Shown here in pieces: positions 60,656 to 63,454 of a stretch of 63,454 bases of DNA (positions are counted from its first letter, which is position 1; every line of letters starts with the position of its first letter). Below the pieces are notes generated by a model that saw nothing but the letters and a program-made list of their open reading frames with translations, made no database searches and was not told the DNA's origin. Source of the DNA: Microthyrium microscopicum (Eukaryota); contig MU004231.1 of the NCBI GenBank assembly GCA_010405405.1, forward strand, positions 248,001 through 311,454. The letters run 5' to 3'. The position numbers and the translations under genes are program-made.

Positions 60656-63044
60656 TATTTATAGTAATAATAATTATATTTACCTTAACTCTAATATAAT
60701 TAAGATTATTTAGGTACTAGACTTATTTTTAATATTATTATTTTAAAATTTAGTAGTAAGATTATAATTTTTAAATATTCTTATAGTAGGTATAGTAATT
60801 AGTACTTTAGAAGCTTAAGTAAGTAATAGTAAAGAATAACTTAGTAATTAGATAACTTTCTAATATTCTTAGCCTAGCTAGCTTTTATAAGTATATAAAG
60901 AAATTATAGCTATTAAGTATATTCTTAAGAATAAGAAAATAGGCTCCTACTAAAATATCTAGGCTCTTATTATAAATATAGTAAAGCTAAGATAGCTAGT
61001 TATTAATAGATTACTAAATAAGAATAATAATTTATAAATAGTAAGTAGTTATAGCTTATACTAAATATAAAAACTTTATATTAGTTTCTTAAGTATAGAA
61101 TTAGAGTTAAGTAGTAACTTTTTATTAGAAGAGTAGCTATTATTAATATTAGTTAAGCTATATATATCCTTTATTTATATAATTACTTAGCTAGCTTTAT
61201 TCTTTTACTCTTTTAGATAGGTTAGTTTTATATAAATATAAAATAAGAACTAAGCTAATCTATATATATTAGTAGTACTATAATTACCCTAATAAGATAT
61301 TATAAGCTTAGGTAGTAGCTTACTAGAGTAAAAAGCTACCTTACTAATATTAATATTAACTAATATATAAGAAGTTATAAGTTAAGTACTAGTATAGNNN
61401 NNNNNNNNNNNNNNNNNNNNNNNNNNNNNNNNNNNNNNNNNNNNNNNNNNNNNNNNNNNNNNNNNNNNNNNNNNNNNNNNNNNNNNNNNNNNNNNNNNNN
61501 NNNNNNNNNNNNNNNNNNNNNNNNNNNNNNNNNNNNNNNNNNNNNNNNNNNNNNNNNNNNNNNNNNNNNNNNNNNNNNNNNNNNNNNNNNNNNNNNNNNN
61601 NNNNNNNNNNNNNNNNNNNNNNNNNNNNNNNNNNNNNNNNNNNNNNNNNNNNNNNNNNNNNNNNNNNNNNNNNNNNNNNNNNNNNNNNNNNNNNNNNNNN
61701 NNNNNNNNNNNNNNNNNNNNNNNNNNNNNNNNNNNNNNNNNNNNNNNNNNNNNNNNNNNNNNNNNNNNNNNNNNNNNNNNNNNNNNNNNNNNNNNNNNNN
61801 NNNNNNNNNNNNNNNNNNNNNNNNNNNNNNNNNNNNNNNNNNNNNNNNNNNNNNNNNNNNNNNNNNNNNNNNNNNNNNNNNNNNNNNNNNNNNNNNNNNN
61901 NNNNNNNNNNNNNNNNNNNNNNNNNNNNNNNNNNNNNNNNNNNNNNNNNNNNNNNNNNNNNNNNNNNNNNNNNNNNNNNNNNNNNNNNNNNNNNNNNNNN
62001 NNNNNNNNNNNNNNNNNNNNNNNNNNNNNNNNNNNNNNNNNNNNNNNNNNNNNNNNNNNNNNNNNNNNNNNNNNNNNNNNNNNNNNNNNNNNNNNNNNNN
62101 NNNNNNNNNNNNNNNNNNNNNNNNNNNNNNNNNNNNNNNNNNNNNNNNNNNNNNNNNNNNNNNNNNNNNNNNNNNNNNNNNNNNNNNNNNNNNNNNNNNN
62201 NNNNNNNNNNNNNNNNNNNNNNNNNNNNNNNNNNNNNNNAATAAGGAATAATACTTACTTATATAAAACTATATAGCTACTTTTATATCTTAATAAATAT
62301 AAGCTTATAGAAAGTAGTCTTATTATATATAATAGTATAATATTAACTAAATAGTAAATAGAATAGAGCTTTATAACTTCTTTATGCTCTTATAGTAGAT
62401 AGATATATAAATATATATAGTTTATTACTAATTTAAGAAAGTAAGAGTTACTTAGAATTCTATTTATTATATTTATTATAAAGAAAGAAATTATAAAATA
62501 GATATACGTTTTATATAATTAATTTAAAGGAACTAAGTAAGTATAGAAAGTAAAGTAAAGAAGAAAAATAAGCTACTTATATTTAGCTATTAATTTTTCT
62601 TATTCTTTATATAAAGAATATTTATAATATAAGAAAATAGAGTTTTTTTTACTTTATATATAAAGTTTAAAGTTTTAAGTAGTTATAAAGAAATATACTT
62701 TTTTAAGTATAGTAGTACTTTAGTATTATACTATATAAAAGCTATTAAAATAACTTTAATAGGCGCTTTCCTTATATTTAGGTTAAGTAAAAAGTAAAGT
62801 AAAGAAAGAAAGAAGAAATTAAATTAAGTTAAAACTAAAAAAAAATTTTAGAAAGAGTACTATTTTAACTAAAAAAGAAAGGTTATTATATTTTAGTAAC
62901 TACTTTAGTAACTACTAAATCTTTAAATATTTACTATTCTAATATAGTTAAGAATAATTTTTACTTAAAGTTTATTCTTTTACTATTTTAATTTTTATAT
63001 TCTCTAACTTAATAAGCCCTTTATATTTTACTATAATAATTATA

Positions 63045-63303
63045 GTAACTATAAAGGTAAATTCTATAGTAGTTAAGGTAGAGGTAGGTTTAATAAAAAA
63101 AGAGATAGTAGCTATAAAGGTAAATTTTATAGTAGTTAAGATAAAGATAAGTTTAATAGAGAAAAAAGTAATAGCTATAGAGGTAAATTTTATAGTAGTT
63201 AAGATAGAAGTAAGTTTAATAGAAAAGGAGATAATAGCTATAAAGGTAAATTCTATAGTAGTTAATACAAAAGTAGATTTAATAAAGAAAAAGGTAATAG
63301 TTA
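63045..63303. repeat. 63-bp tandem repeat, 4 copies
   Basis: CTATARAGGTAAATTYTATAGTAGTTAA recurs at 63049, 63112, 63175 and 63238. Confidence 0.9.
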
Positions 63304-63454
63304 TTATTATTATTAATTATGCTTTCTTTAGTATCTACTTAGTAGCTCTAATAATAGCCTAGTTATATCTTTTATTTTTATTTCTTTTCTTCTTACTACT
63401 TCTAAACTCTAATATAATTTTACTACTTTATTTATAAAGCTAACTAAAATATTA

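Larger units (their letters stand above)
55326..63454. repeat. AT-rich RIP-mutated repeat block running to the window end; N gaps at 56321-56393 and 61398-62239
   Basis: Abrupt fall in GC, near absence of CpA/TpG, excess TpA, no ORFs in the track. Confidence 0.95.

Noticed and set aside
56127..63303. CRISPR-like array or organellar DNA insertion in the AT-rich block
   Set aside because: No constant repeat with unique spacers; CpA/TpG depletion and copia remnants point to RIP-mutated nuclear repeats.
1..63454. tRNA/rRNA genes, secondary-metabolite backbone genes, Starship captain recombinase
   Set aside because: None recognised by eye; a tRNAscan-SE/Infernal run would be needed to exclude small RNAs.

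Overview
Eukaryotic genomic DNA from a filamentous ascomycete (Pezizomycotina-type genes, short GT-AG introns with CTRAC branch points). Bases 1 to about 55,325 are gene-dense, with about 20 protein genes: a 3-exon small secreted Cys-rich protein, a bZIP factor, three intronless orphan ORFs, a DUF1770 protein, the Moco biosynthesis gene (MoaA+MoaC), a membrane-anchored coiled-coil protein, a ketopantoate reductase-family enzyme, a cAMP-receptor-like GPCR, Pho85/PhoA CDK, an O-methyltransferase, a ~2160-aa NACHT-ankyrin NLR, Vfa1, Yvh1, a C2H2 factor and a class-III aminotransferase. At 55,326 the sequence switches abruptly to extremely AT-rich, RIP-type mutated repeat DNA that runs to the window end (two N gaps). 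Hand de-RIPing identifies a Ty1/copia 3' LTR, polypurine tract and RT/RNase H remnant inserted into, and truncating, the aminotransferase. Other highlights: an intron whose donor lies inside the MoaA C-terminal Gly-Gly/stop, giving MoaA alone or a MoaA-MoaC fusion; a three-hairpin structured intron with a possible poison acceptor in yvh1; a GPCR intron ending GG instead of AG; and an NLR with no N-terminal effector domain. All gene models and de-RIP reconstructions were made by eye; no database searches were run.
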